From Oikopleura dioica (taxonomy: Eukaryota; Animalia; Chordata): a DNA stretch of 64,000 bases. The position numbers and the translations under genes were made by a program. This document shows, piece by piece, positions 10,927 to 23,212 of this stretch. The stretch lies in NCBI GenBank assembly GCA_907165135.1, contig OU015567.1, positions 2,418,001 through 2,482,000 of the forward strand, in the 5' to 3' direction. Within the stretch, counting starts at the first letter, position 1, and each line of letters begins with the position of its first letter. The notes beneath the pieces were generated by a model. It had not been told where the DNA came from, did not search any database, and saw only the letters and a program-made list of their open reading frames with translations.

Positions 10927-13900
10927 CGAGCCCATGGACAAAATTACAGTCCCTTTCTTCCGGGCAGAAAAATTCATGGAAGCTCTTCGTTGGAATCCGG
11001 ACATCCGGCTCCACCTTCGAGCTACCATCGATCCGACGAGATATTTTACAAGAAGTGGTCTTTTACGATTAAATTATAATTTTCAAGCCGTCTCTTCGGG
11101 GAAAGACATTTTTTTCTGAAGGTCGGCCGATTTAACGCGCAAAGGTTTGCCACCAGCTCACGTGACATTTTAAAAGACAGCTAAGAGTTGACAATGCCAC
11201 GAAAAATCGGTCACAACAGCGTTCTAAAATCAGAAAAGGAAAACAAATTCTCTTGGCATTTTTAGCTGCTAGGCTCGGCTACCTGTGAGGAATTTCTGAA
11301 TCAGGACTTTTGAGTACCCTGACTCAGGTTTTCCACACTGGTTCCTGAGACTAATATTAGTGTCTGGAGTTTTTGAGTCGAAAATTTAGACTTTGAAATT
11401 CTTAAAACGAGCCCATTTGGGCGTAAAAAATTCCTTAAATGTTGTGAATATACTTCTCTAAATCAGAAGTATTAAAAATTGACACCCTAAGGTTCATGAG
11501 CAAACTCATTTTTACAGTCTTATGGCTTTGGTTCTTAAAAATCTAGAAAGTTACTTTTCGATAAGCCCTTCATAAAAGCAGGGGGATTTTTTATGAAACA
11601 CGGTCCGATAAACTTCCCGCAGTCCACTTCTAATATTTGACGCTAGGCTTAGCGATTTTTTGAATCCTTGTTGATAAGCTTAGGAAACGTTGATATAAGC
11701 AATTCGACAACGCGACCTCCAGCTCGTAATAATAATCCCGCTATCTCGCTAAAACCATTAGATTATTTTAGTCATGGTTTTTTTGATGCACGATATAAAA
11801 TATTTTCAAAACGAGAAATGTCGAAAACACGTGACTTGAAAAAATTGATGCATCTTGGGAATGGCCGAAATTACGATTTTGGCGAAAATGACGCGAACAT
11901 GTTCACAATATGATAATTGCAGTGCAAGTCGGCTGACCCCGTCGCGCTTCGCAAGTCCCTCTGATGCATTTTCTCGCTCTGTCTTATGCAGAAACTCACA
12001 CGGAGGAGATGTTAAAATTAAATAACTTGGGTTAAAAAAGCATCAGACAAATTCTGTCAAAAACGAACTTCTCTCGAATTTACCGAAGTATCTTTCTCCT
12101 GGCTGAAATGTGAATTATGTTTATAATGCTCTCTAGAATAAATTGACCGCAGTAATAATTTGGTCGAACAAGATAGGAGCTGTTTCCAAAGCAATTATAA
12201 AAAGTTGATGGTGACGTTGAAACATTGCTTAGCATCAAACTCATAATCAGCAAACGAAGAGAAGATTTTTAGCCAGATTTTGGAAGATTTAGCCAATTCT
12301 TCCGCCAAGAAAAGAAATCGAATTGACCCATTCCAGAGAGAGAGAGGAAAGTTTAATCAAGTCACTTTATTTTTTTTCAGTCCTCTTTTTTTTTGACTCG
12401 CGGGGCGAAGCCAATTTCGCGCAAATTCGCGTTCACCGTGTTCACCTTACTCGAAAATAATGGATTTCGGTCTCGAACCAAAATACTGCGGCGATAAACG
12501 GACGGCATAATCCCTTTTCGAAAGCTGTCAGCTTTTTTCAGATTTCTCGACTCGTATTTTCATCACATCATATCAAAAAGAAAGACATCGTCACATTTTT
12601 GCCATCTGTCTGTTAGAGAGTGACTTGCAGGGAAAGATACAGAAATTTACAGGCTGATTATTACAGTTATAAAAACGAGCATTTTTGAAACAGAGGATTG
12701 TCGGTAGACCTTATTGTTTTTGACTGACCACAGATTGAAAGGGCACTGACTTCTCTGACTCGGTCACTTTTTCGGTCACGTGGCTTTCTTTATTTGTTGC
12801 GGCAGTTGTTTGGATTAGAAACGATTTCTTGGCAAGCATTTTTCTCAGAGCAAAAATCGCTTTAGTGATTTTCTTGCTTTTTCATTGTGACACCCTTATT
12901 GTGGTTTAGCAAATTGCTGTTTGAAACAGAGAAAAAAGAAAGATAATTATCTATTCCGGACGTTTGGTTTTCTTTTCAATTACAGATAGCGTCGTTAGAG
13001 AATCTCTTTCTCAAGAGCACTCTGAATTGAGCAGCTAGTCTGATAAGGATCACGTGCGCTAGCTCCGTGAATGGTCAAGTATTCCAAAATCAAAATTGTC
13101 AGTCTTTCCGTTTTCGTCCCTTTTCGTGAACGTGTGTAGCACTCGAATCGTGTGCCTGATCGGAATTAATAATAAAAGAAGAAAGTGAGACGCCAGGGCG
13201 AGGCACCGTGGTTGCTTTCTTCCTGGCTTAGTGGTGGGCTCTCTTCGGGGAAGGAAATTGTAATACGCCGGTGGAATGTCGATCTCAAAGTAGAGACACC
13301 TCAACCACCAACTGTTCCTCCAGCAAGAGCTGTTGGCATACAGCAGAAAATGGCGAAAAGGGGAGATCAGCCCTATGAAGCAAACAGGCTTTATAAAGGT
13401 CAAATACAGCGAGTCAAAAGCGGTTAGAAACGCATGAGAAAGTACGTGACGATGCGGTATGTTGTCGTAGCATCACATCAAAAATCTACAGATGTCGATT
13501 TTTACCTCCGCTCAGCAACGTTTTTTTCTTGAGCCCTCTAACTACCGCTTTTTTTGATTTCTTCTTAGTTGATCAATTAATTGACTTCTACGAGCTATAT
13601 TTTCGGAAATGTTCTGTTTGTTGTATTGATTGTCTAATCTCGGAAGCACGGGACATTTTATTTAGAGAAAGGATGTTATTACTATCAGTTTCCTAGATTA
13701 GGAGAGACGACCCACGTATGCCTGTGTGTTTGGAAAAGAAACATGACAGGAAAGAAAAACCGCCTTGCGCATAAAAAAGTTATCTCCAAATCGCCAAAAA
13801 AAGGTGAAGCGGTTTTTCTTCGTTATATTTTCTTTCTAAAAGGAAAATGACTGTACTTGGTATCTGTTTTGATGAAACCATCGTTCGTCTTCCTCCATAA

Positions 13901-14998
13901 TATAAGTCAGCTCAAACCTTCTTCTAGCTACTATCTCTTGATAGCCTTAACTTGGTTCGAGCTTCGTTGTTATCGTGAATGTTTAAACACGATCGGCTTT
14001 TTTTCCTTATTCTTCATTCCTTATCTCAAAATTCGCAGATTTTATGCCTCACTATAGAGGCCGAAGATGCTCAACTCAAACTCAAACTTAAGGAGTTTCA
14101 GATTTTTACGATAAACGAATAAGTTTAATTTGTTTGTCTATTTTCAAATCTGGACGGGGCTCTTGATATTGTTGAGTTACAAAAATTGACAAAATCTTGA
14201 AGAAATTTTTTTTTTAAAGTTGATTGGTCTATCAGCTTTTTAACTTCAATTGAGAGTTATCAACTGAAAATCTTTCCTGTTGCTAAAACGGAAGAATAAA
14301 AAGATTGAACAAAGAACAACTTGTATTTGAGTCGGTTATCTTAAGTACCCCTCGAGAGCGTAAAAATTCACATCTAATGATCTCAGCCTGAGACCCCTCC
14401 ATCCGGTTTATGCAAACCGGCGACCACCGAAGCGGTCATTTTTCGACAAACGAGGGGCGTCAAAGCGACCGGTTCGACCGTTCAACAAAGCCGCCACTGG
14501 TTTTGTCTAAGCTCAAATCGACTCCCTTCAGATTTCATGCCACATTAATTTTTTATTTTATAAATTTGGACGGATCGATTAGCCTCGACCACGTTTTTTT
14601 ATCCAATTTTTCGAGTCTTTGAAAGTCTTTTTTTAAACTTGGCGGCAAAAAGCTCTTCCTTTTTGAAATAAAGCTTCTGTATTAACCGCGTTTTAAGAGA
14701 CATCCGGGAAGCTTGAGATATCGTCAGTATCGGAAATTGACTCTTAAAGCGCTCCATTGAGATATCCGCTTTGAAAATGCAAGGAAGGAATTTTCCTTCC
14801 GTCCTGTGTCTTACCCTAACGTGTCTTCAAACTCAAAAGGCTATATTTTTCCGTCTTGACGAGTGAAAATTCGAGGGGCACTTACTTTTGCCACTTTTAT
14901 CAAGATTCTTATTTGTCAATTTTGAAGTTATTTCGATTCGAAATTGTCCAAAATCAAGGCCAATTTTTTAGAAAAAAAAAGGGCTTAATTGATAAAAA

Positions 14999-15189
14999 CT
15001 ACTCCCTGGGGACATTTTTAGCCCTGTTGGATGATTCATAACTAGCTTGACTCGGTCTTGTGGTTGGCTACAGGAATTTTCGATAGCACGCCTCGAGTCA
15101 AGCGGCCAATGGGCCATGGTCCATGGCCCATGGAGCGCTCAGAAATATAATGGGTGACTCATAGGGCTAAAAATGTCCCCAGGTAGTAG
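14999..15189. mobile_element. MITE-like element, ~190 bp
   Basis: A perfect 21-bp TIR core cctggggacatttttagccct (15005-15025) pairs with agggctaaaaatgtccccagg (15163-15183). The near-palindrome gggccatggtccatggccc is internal. Confidence 0.8.
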
Positions 15190-15440
15190 ACTTTCTGCGG
15201 CTTGATTTTTTGGACGCAGAATCCGTTATGATTTTTACGCTGGATGACAGGCGTGCTAAGTCAATCACGTTGCTCGGTACCGGGGCGATAGGAGTTACCC
15301 AAACGTGGATTAGATTTCAGCGGTTGACACGAGCGAGATTTTTCCACGGATTTACTCGGTTCGTGTTATTATATCAAATACTCTTCCCTAAAACATTTTT
15401 CATGACAACATAACGGGCGAAAATTTTGAGCGATTTTGGT

Positions 15441-16324
15441 TTATTGGTTTGAATAATGATTTGACAAGAAATTTTTCTCTTTTTCAAAAAAATCATCGAT
15501 GAAAGAAGTGTTACAGAGGAGAAAGCTCGCGGGACAATTTTCTGGCAGAGTGTTACTAGAATTCATCATGACTGAAACAATAAAGATCCTTAATTTACCG
15601 GGGAGCCAGATGGATATCATTGAAGATCGAATAGAATGACATAATTTCTTTGTCGTAAAATTTGATATCACCGAGTAACTGCCAGATAAGAGGAGTGGTT
15701 TTGATGCTGATGAAGACTTTCAACTCGTCGCCGGTGCAATTCGGCACGAAAAACGACTCGAGTTCTTTATCATATCTCTTTATTATTTCGTTCATTTCCT
15801 GGAGATCAACGCAGCATCGAAATCTCTCTGTTGATTCGTATACTTCGTATTTTTTGTACTTTAGATCGAAAATGCTCGTGGCATTTTTAAAATCGACGGT
15901 ATTTGGTAACATAAGCAAGCTTTTGACAGCGGCGTCGTAAAAGCTCATCGAAAAATTTTGAAAGTTTGGATCGATCAATGAATAATCTTAAAAATAAAAT
16001 CGAAAAAATAAAATTGTCGGAAAAAAATTAATAATTTACCTTCCGTGAGCTTTGAGTCATCAGTAAAAAAGTCCTTGGAAAGTCGCTCGTATGAACTGTC
16101 GTCAATATTGAAGAAAAAGCATCCCAAATTTAATGAAACGCCAATAACGACTGAAATAACCATAAAAACTTACGTTTATCAATTTCTTCTAAACATACAT
16201 TCCTCGTCATGATCTGAAACAGCTCGAGTCCCGAACAGTTTTGAAAGAAACGAGTTTCCTTCCCTCTCAAAGAACAGTTTGTCGTGGAGAAAAAAACAGT
16301 AGACCAATAAAAGAAGAGAAACAA
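15441..16324 (-). CDS. Multi-exon protein of unknown function
   Basis: Consecutive same-strand ORFs (16130-16324, 15975-16163, 15595-15978, 15441-15671) are separated by short intron-like AT-rich gaps. No recognisable motif was found. Confidence 0.45.
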
Positions 16325-16553
16325 TCATGGCTCCAAGAGCCATTTTAAATTTAAAAATCGTATTTTCTAAAATAAAAAATGGAACAGTTTTTCAGCAAAG
16401 TCGGTAAGCGCTAATCATTCAGCCATGTCAGTTTATTCAGCAGAGGCTTGGAAAAAATTGAATTTCCAAAATGTACATATGGTGGAACCAAGAGGGGCAA
16501 AAGCGCCGTTGCCGGGGTCGATTTTATTTTAGAGGTGTTCTGGTAAATGTCTA

Positions 16554-16886
16554 CTAATGGTGTTCTGGGGTCGCCTGCTGGCACTTCGGCGACGCAAATC
16601 TCCCACCGTCACAGGCTAATGACCGGCCCATCCGGCTCTTTGGCCGAAAACCACGGCACAAAAGCCTTTTCTCCTCCCTTTTTCGAGGTTGATAAATTGC
16701 AGGAGCCGCATTTTTTTCTGGCTCAGCAAACAAGACAAATGGCCTCTCAAGTCTTCTCGTGAAAATATCTTTTTGACTTTCGGTTGGATTTTCGACATTC
16801 TTGCGTTTCTTTTGCGTTTCAAACTTGTATTTCTCAACTGGCCTGGGAGAACTCGCTCCTACTCTAAACTCGCTTTGAAACGCCAT
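16554..16886 (-). CDS. Hypothetical basic protein (MAFQSEFRVG...)
   Basis: ATG-initiated open frame in a locally GC-richer segment; no motif recognised. Confidence 0.3.
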   Translation of the reverse strand: MAFQSEFRVGASSPRPVEKYKFETQKKRKNVENPTESQKDIFTRRLERPFVLFAEPEKNAAPAIYQPRKREEKRLLCRGFRPKSRMGRSLACDGGRFASPKCQQATPEHH

Positions 16887-18061
16887 TTTGAAAAACAAGT
16901 AGAAGAAGCCGCATTTTCGCCTGTTTTCGAGATTGACCGGAACAGAGTACAACGCGCAACGGAAGGTTAACAAGAGCGCTTTCCCAGCGTTTTGATAAGG
17001 ACACAGCGTTTTGAGTCATAAGAAAAAGAAAGGAGCACTTTTTGGGACGCTGATTTTGTGGTTCTTGCGGTTTTTCGCGAGACATACCAATTTCCTGTTG
17101 GATTTTGAAGGAACTAAAGAAGCGAGTTTTTTTTTAGTTTTTTTTTTGATTCGCGGTAAATCGAAATCGAAGAGTTCTTTAATTATCTTGAAATGCAATC
17201 AACGATCATTTAAATTTCATAAGAACGTATTCGTGGTTCCGCCCAGTCGCAGGGCCGGCACGTGATCAACATTCCAGGTCCGGGGCCGAATTCTAAATCA
17301 AGATTTAGAACATGCGCACATAACTATCTTGAGCATAAGTACTTTGTTAAAAGAACGCTTTGGAAAAAAAAAGATTCATTCCCAACTCTCGCGGAATTCA
17401 TCAATGTTCAAATTCATTGTTTGAATCATATCTCGGTTGTATTTCTAACTCCCGTGAAAGTCGTTACCGCCCGCTTCGTTTTTTTATCAATGTTCAAGAA
17501 ACCGCTCCTTTGAAGAACCCCCAAATTGAAAAATTGCCGCTTTCGCTTTCGTAAAAACGACGCTTTTGTTTATCAAAAACGTGCCCTTTTTTGAATGCAC
17601 GAAATTAACGAAAATTTACAAAACTCGATCGTCGAGTCCGAGTTTACGAAAGCTTCAAAACAAAGTGGATTTTCACGAAATTCGGAATTTTCCGAAAATA
17701 AGGAAAAAAAAAGAAAATTTTAGTTTGGAAAAATTTCGTGAAAATCGATGTTTTTCTCGGTATGAGAAAAAATTGCACGATTTCTAAGCCAGATCGGAAA
17801 AAAATAAGATAAAGTCGAACTAAAACGGTAGACACGACTTCCTCCGTGGATTCTAGAGGAGGCGTAAAAACGCGAATGTGGGCTTGAGCTTGAGAGCATG
17901 GCAGATCGATTACCGCAGATGGATTATCGAACCGGTGAATCCACGAGGCTAATTTCGCTAATTTTCTAATCAAATCCGTAACTGTCGGTTTCTGGCCACG
18001 AATCAGCGAATTTTCAAGCGCCAAAAAGTTCAACTTCTTTTCTCAAATTGCTTTTCAGGAA

Positions 18062-20728
18062 ATGGACTCAGACGACGAAAAACCCGCCGAAAAGCAGATT
18101 CAACTTGTCAAAGCTCTTCACAAAGAAATGGTCGATCGGAGAATCGTGCTGACAACAGTCAAGAAGAAAAAGAAAACGAAACGGGCGAGAAATCTGACCG
18201 CTACTCTCACTCTTCCAACGAGCAATTCTTCTTCTGGATCGGAAGGAGGAGCAAAGATTTCGGTAAAATTTATTTTTTTAAATAAAAGTTTATATTTAAT
18301 ATTCAAAATTTGACCTAAAAAAATTTCTTCATTTTTTTTAATTCTATTAAATTATTAAATTGATAATTTTTTAATAAAAAATAATTTTACGAAATCTCGG
18401 ATTTTCAGAGAAGTTTGATTACCCCTACGACATTTATTTTAAAATCCGCTCATTTTCATAAAATATTTATTCAACTCGTCTCATACGAGAAAGGGCGAAA
18501 CGTTACGTCGTCTGTCGGAAATTACCTTTTCAAAATAAACTCTTTATAACCGCCAAATCCTCCTTTTTGCTCTCCAATTAATTGGTCATTTAGAAGTTTC
18601 AAATCGAGCAAGCTGTGTTCAATTAAGATCATTGCTACTTTGAGCTTCTTGCTTCTTTTTCTAATGAATAATTTTAGAGGGCGAAGAGAGAGTTGCGCTC
18701 AAGATCGGCGACTCGTGATGACTCCTATTTGACGACAAGGTGGAATTCAATTGGACTTACGGCCAGCTCGGATTCGGAGCTGTCGATGATGGATGAAGAT
18801 AAAAAAGAACAGGTAAAGATAAATTTATTTCGAGGAGTTAAGGGTGTCAACAATAATTTCGCCAAATCATTCCAAAAAAAACGGTGCTGGAAATGCGAGT
18901 TTTTTTTGGTTTATTCGATAAAATTTTCATTTTTATTAAATTTGATTGGCCAAAGGGCCGAATGAAGACATCTCATTGGTCAAAAATTCCTGTCCGATCT
19001 GTCAAATGCTTTTGTTCATTTTTGTCTCTTCCATTTTCTAAAAACATAAACAAAAAACGACGATAATGAAAAACCGACCCTTTTGAAAAACGAACGTGTT
19101 CCAGATAACCCTTTTCTAGAGGCCTCCTTATCGGAAAACCCTCCACGTGACGATAATATTTTCCGCGGCTTAGAAGGGCAGGAATGAGTTTGGCTTTCTC
19201 TTCCGTCATCTTTGAAGCCGGGTTAATTCAGTCGCTAATTCAGTCGGCTCAGCATAAACGGGCCCGATTTCAATCAAAAATATTAAGCCAGATTAAAAAT
19301 ATTTAAAACGGGAGTGGCTGAAAGTAAATATTTTAAACTTCCGAAAAGGATTTATTTTTTTTGAATTTCGATATTCTTTCTTTGAACAAAATTTGGGTCG
19401 CCCTTTGTTGCTCGAAACAAAATTCAGATGAAGATACCGTCTTTCAATAAGGTGCGGCCAGATGGGCTTGGCTGGTAGAATACGAAATTGACAAAAATTC
19501 CACCCAAAAGCGTTTGCGTTCGCTGACGCTTTAGGACAACTAAACCAGCCCTAAACCACCTGGCATTTCCGCCCCACGCTGAGATCAGTCGAAAAGTCTC
19601 CTTTTTCGGCTCAAAAACTCGAATATAAGAAAAAAGGGAAAAGAAGTTATTCTTGATAGTTTCGAAAAAAAAGTCTCAATTGATTGCTTTCTCGGAAGAG
19701 CTCAGCTACTTCCGTCTGCAGGACCTTCTTTTGCCTTCTTTGTTAATTGGATTTGTTCTAGAGCTCAGCAACGTCGATCGCCGCCGTTACGAAGAATCAA
19801 CTGGCCGCGGCGCGGGTCTCCTCCACCGAGATTAAGGAACGGGTCATCTTTTCTCACGCAAAAACGTTTTCTCAAAATTGAATTGAAAATTGACCTGGAT
19901 GAAGCTTCAAACTTTCTCTCAAAAATTAACTCAAAGAAAAGAAAAACTTGAAGAGCTACATGGAAAATTAAAAGTGAAGAAGGAAAATTTAGTAGAAAAA
20001 GAGCGAAAATTGAGGGAGTTTGAAAAATCAGTTCAGGAGAAAGAAAATTTGATCAAAACAAAAATGGCGGCCATCAAGGTAGAAAATTGATAATGACGAA
20101 AATTTTCAATTTATTAATAAACATCGACCTATCTGTCCTAATTGTCGTTTAATTTTCTTGTCCATCTTTTAAGATGCTTAATATTTTTACGAAGAAAAAT
20201 CATAAAATAATTATGGTGATTATCTGAAGTTATCTTGAATTATTTCAGGCGAAGGATGATAAATTGAACGCCGAGCTAAAACGCCTCGAAAAGCTGGAAT
20301 CCGACCTGTCCTCGAAGCAAAAGCTCGTTTCTCAAAAACAAGCCGCAGTTCAAAATGTTTCTCCAGCTCCGAAACCCGCTTCTCCCGAAATACCTAAACA
20401 AGTTAATAATCAGAGTGCGCCCCTGAAGTCAACCCCAGCCGTCGTGGTCGGCAAACAGCCGCAAACAAAACCACAAGCTCAAGCACAAACAAAAACAACA
20501 ACGACTAGCGTCGCCGCCGCCTTGCCGAAATCAGGGAGTAGTATCGTTAATCAAAACAAAATTCAGATTCCGGCCGCGAGTTCGAAGCCAGTTTCAGTTC
20601 CACTGAAAAGCATAAGCAAACCAAAACCGATCCTCCAGAGCGCTGAAAGACGCGCTAAGGATCAAAATAAACGGATTTCTTGGGCGGACTCGGCCATTTC
20701 TTCGCAAAGTCCGAGCTCAAATAGGTGA
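18062..20728 (+). CDS. Coiled-coil protein with S/P/Q-rich low-complexity tail, multi-exon
   Basis: Phase-compatible GT-AG exons lie at 18059-18263, 18678-18812, ~19761-19842, 19905-20078 and 20249-20728. They include a K/E-rich heptad region (LQTFSQKLTQRKEKLEELHGKLKVKKE...). Confidence 0.6.
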
Positions 20729-23212
20729 GAGAATTTCTTTATTCGGCTGGAAGTTCATTTTTGATGAGATGTTTGATTTCCGTCACAAGATGATGATGCT
20801 CTTCTTCGGCAGAGTTCCAGTAATTGGATAGATAGGGGAACAAGTCATCAAGTGTGTGCTCTTCCATCTTAAAATGAGTTGATAGAGCGGTTCTTAAGGG
20901 TATCCCCTATTTCTTTTTGCTCTAGAATTCTTTTATAGATACATTTCAATACCCCTAAGGGTTAAACTTGGGACCCCTAAGGGTATACATGCAGTGAACG
21001 CAGTTTGAAATTTGCGAGATAAGCGGGAGGAGATCCTTAATAAGAGTAGCTTCCTGGAGACTTACACTTTGGTAAAGCTTTCCATGTGCAATAAAACTGG
21101 CTGTTATATCTTTAAGGAAAACATTCACCAACGAAAATAAAAATCTCATGATATCCCCCCTTTCTAAGAAAAAGGAGCTTATAAACCGATTCTTGATAGA
21201 TGATTTAATAATTCAAGAAGTGCAAGTCTCTCCCTTACGCACTTACTGTCAGATTCTGTCAGCTCAAAAGTCACAGTCATGCATTCTATATGATATAGAC
21301 TATATCTTTCTTCTTGGAAAAAAGCCTTGAAAGCTTCGAGGTCCATAACTTACCAAAAAGCAAATCTGTTCCTCTCTGGTCATGTTTACACGCACCACAC
21401 CTCAGATAACATCTTCAGAAGCTCTTTCTAACCTAACTATCCCTGCCCCCTTTTTCGCTCTTCCAAACGCTAGAATGATAAAATACCTGGACGAAACTAG
21501 ATCGAGTGCTGATCTATTAGGTCATGTTTTGCGGAAGAGGCGAAAAATCTGCAAATTTGAAATGGAATAATCAGCAATTAGGATTAAGACTTGACCGTGA
21601 AAGCGGTTTGGGCTTGATTTCGGGACACGCTTTCTAAAATGGTTAAAATGATAAGAGCTCTAGAAGAAGCGAGGCTCGATTTCAAACAGAGCAGATTTGA
21701 GTGAGGCACGTGCTGGATTATGATTACAAAGGGATGAGTTTCCGCTGCAAAAATAAAAATCGAAGTGGGTTTAAAATTGACCACTTGAGATCAATCTCAA
21801 TGAAGATTCCGTACTTTCCGAATAGGATTAAAAATTCCCTTAAAATGACCGTTTTTGATTGGTCAAGGCTATTTTTTCTGAAATCTGATTGGCTCACCAG
21901 CCGAATGTGGCCATCTGATTGGTCAATAATTTGACCAAAATCATATTCAAGTTTTTCTATTTCTTATCATTTTTGCCCCTTAAAAATCTCATTAGTGCTT
22001 AGTGCGTTGTCCATAATTGCCTATCTCCTCCCTTTTTCGTGCTTCCTTAGCCGCTGTCTCCTCCCTGACCGCCTTGCATAATCGGCGATTACCATTTGCA
22101 CAACTTTAACAAAAAATATTCAGCTCTGACGATGACGTCTCCAACCTGTCCGTTCGCGCTCGACTCAAACGCTTTGAAAATCGAACGATGCTATAAATTT
22201 TATTTTCGAATAATTTATTTCAATGTTCCATGTGCATTTTTACCTTTTTCATAAAAGCGAAAAAGGAATTGTAAAAACTCCAAAAGCGAAAAGTCAAAGA
22301 AAAAAACAACGGTGACGAATGATAGAACTGTACATACGATTCTTTTCTGTCGAACAACGAACGTGAATAAAGCCTTTCTGTTCTGCTCTTTTTTAAAAAA
22401 CAAAACAAAGTGTTGTTTGAAACTCAGCAAAAAACACGTGGAGAAGACATGATGATGCAGAAAGGAACATGCTTTTCATGCTGCAAAAGAAACTAACGAA
22501 ACTTATAGACACCAGATTTTTTGACCCACTTTATCTGAAATAAGGTTTCGGAGACAAAAAGGAAGAGGATCGCTTTCTCGATTTGACAGAAAAATTAATT
22601 TTTCGCGACGATTTCAGATGATTTTTGAAGATAACCCAGAAACAGAAGCCCGAATAAGCGACACCAAGCGGGCAATTGACTTTTTCTTTTTTTGCCTGGA
22701 GGACCCCTCTTGCTGGAAGAATTATCAGTTTAAAGAAGAATAATCTTAACACTAAGGACACTATGATTCATAGTCTATGAACAAAACTGTATTTTAAGTG
22801 ACTTTATTTGACATTATTTTAACCTCTCTCTCCTGTTCCTTATCACTGTCAGGTCCCCTTAACGTGTATGCGTGACTGCGGAAAAAAGACTTCCAAACGA
22901 AGGTGTTAACAAAAAAGAACGGGAGACAGGTGCACTTCAGGCTTATCTTCGTCCTAGTGGCACTAGTGCTCTTTTAGTCGGAGTACGCAAGTTAGAGAAT
23001 TCCGCTTGCGATAAATATTTGGTGATAGTCCTCGGCTGGACCGGGGTTATCTCAAAGCCTCTAATCGCTGCGAGGAGGTCACGTGGCTACGTGGACCAAA
23101 TTCCGTGCGCTGAACTGAACTATTTACTCAAACTGTAATTACAAAACAACAAAACACTTAGACGATGAATGCTGCGCAAAACAACGAAGCAAATTTATTG
23201 TTAGCAATCAAG

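Noticed and set aside
13059-13427. Overlapping ORFs on both strands
   Set aside because: No motif, no consistent splice sites, and a length compatible with chance.
19837-19904. Apparent GA-AG intron in the coiled-coil gene
   Set aside because: An in-phase GT donor at 19843 works equally well, so it is not counted as non-canonical.
20800-21570. Coding-like patch with short ORFs, possibly a decayed element
   Set aside because: Frames are broken by stops and no domain, TIR or LTR was recognised.
22215-22761. Hydrophobic minus-strand ORFs
   Set aside because: Two frames are equally open in T-rich sequence and no single gene model could be supported.
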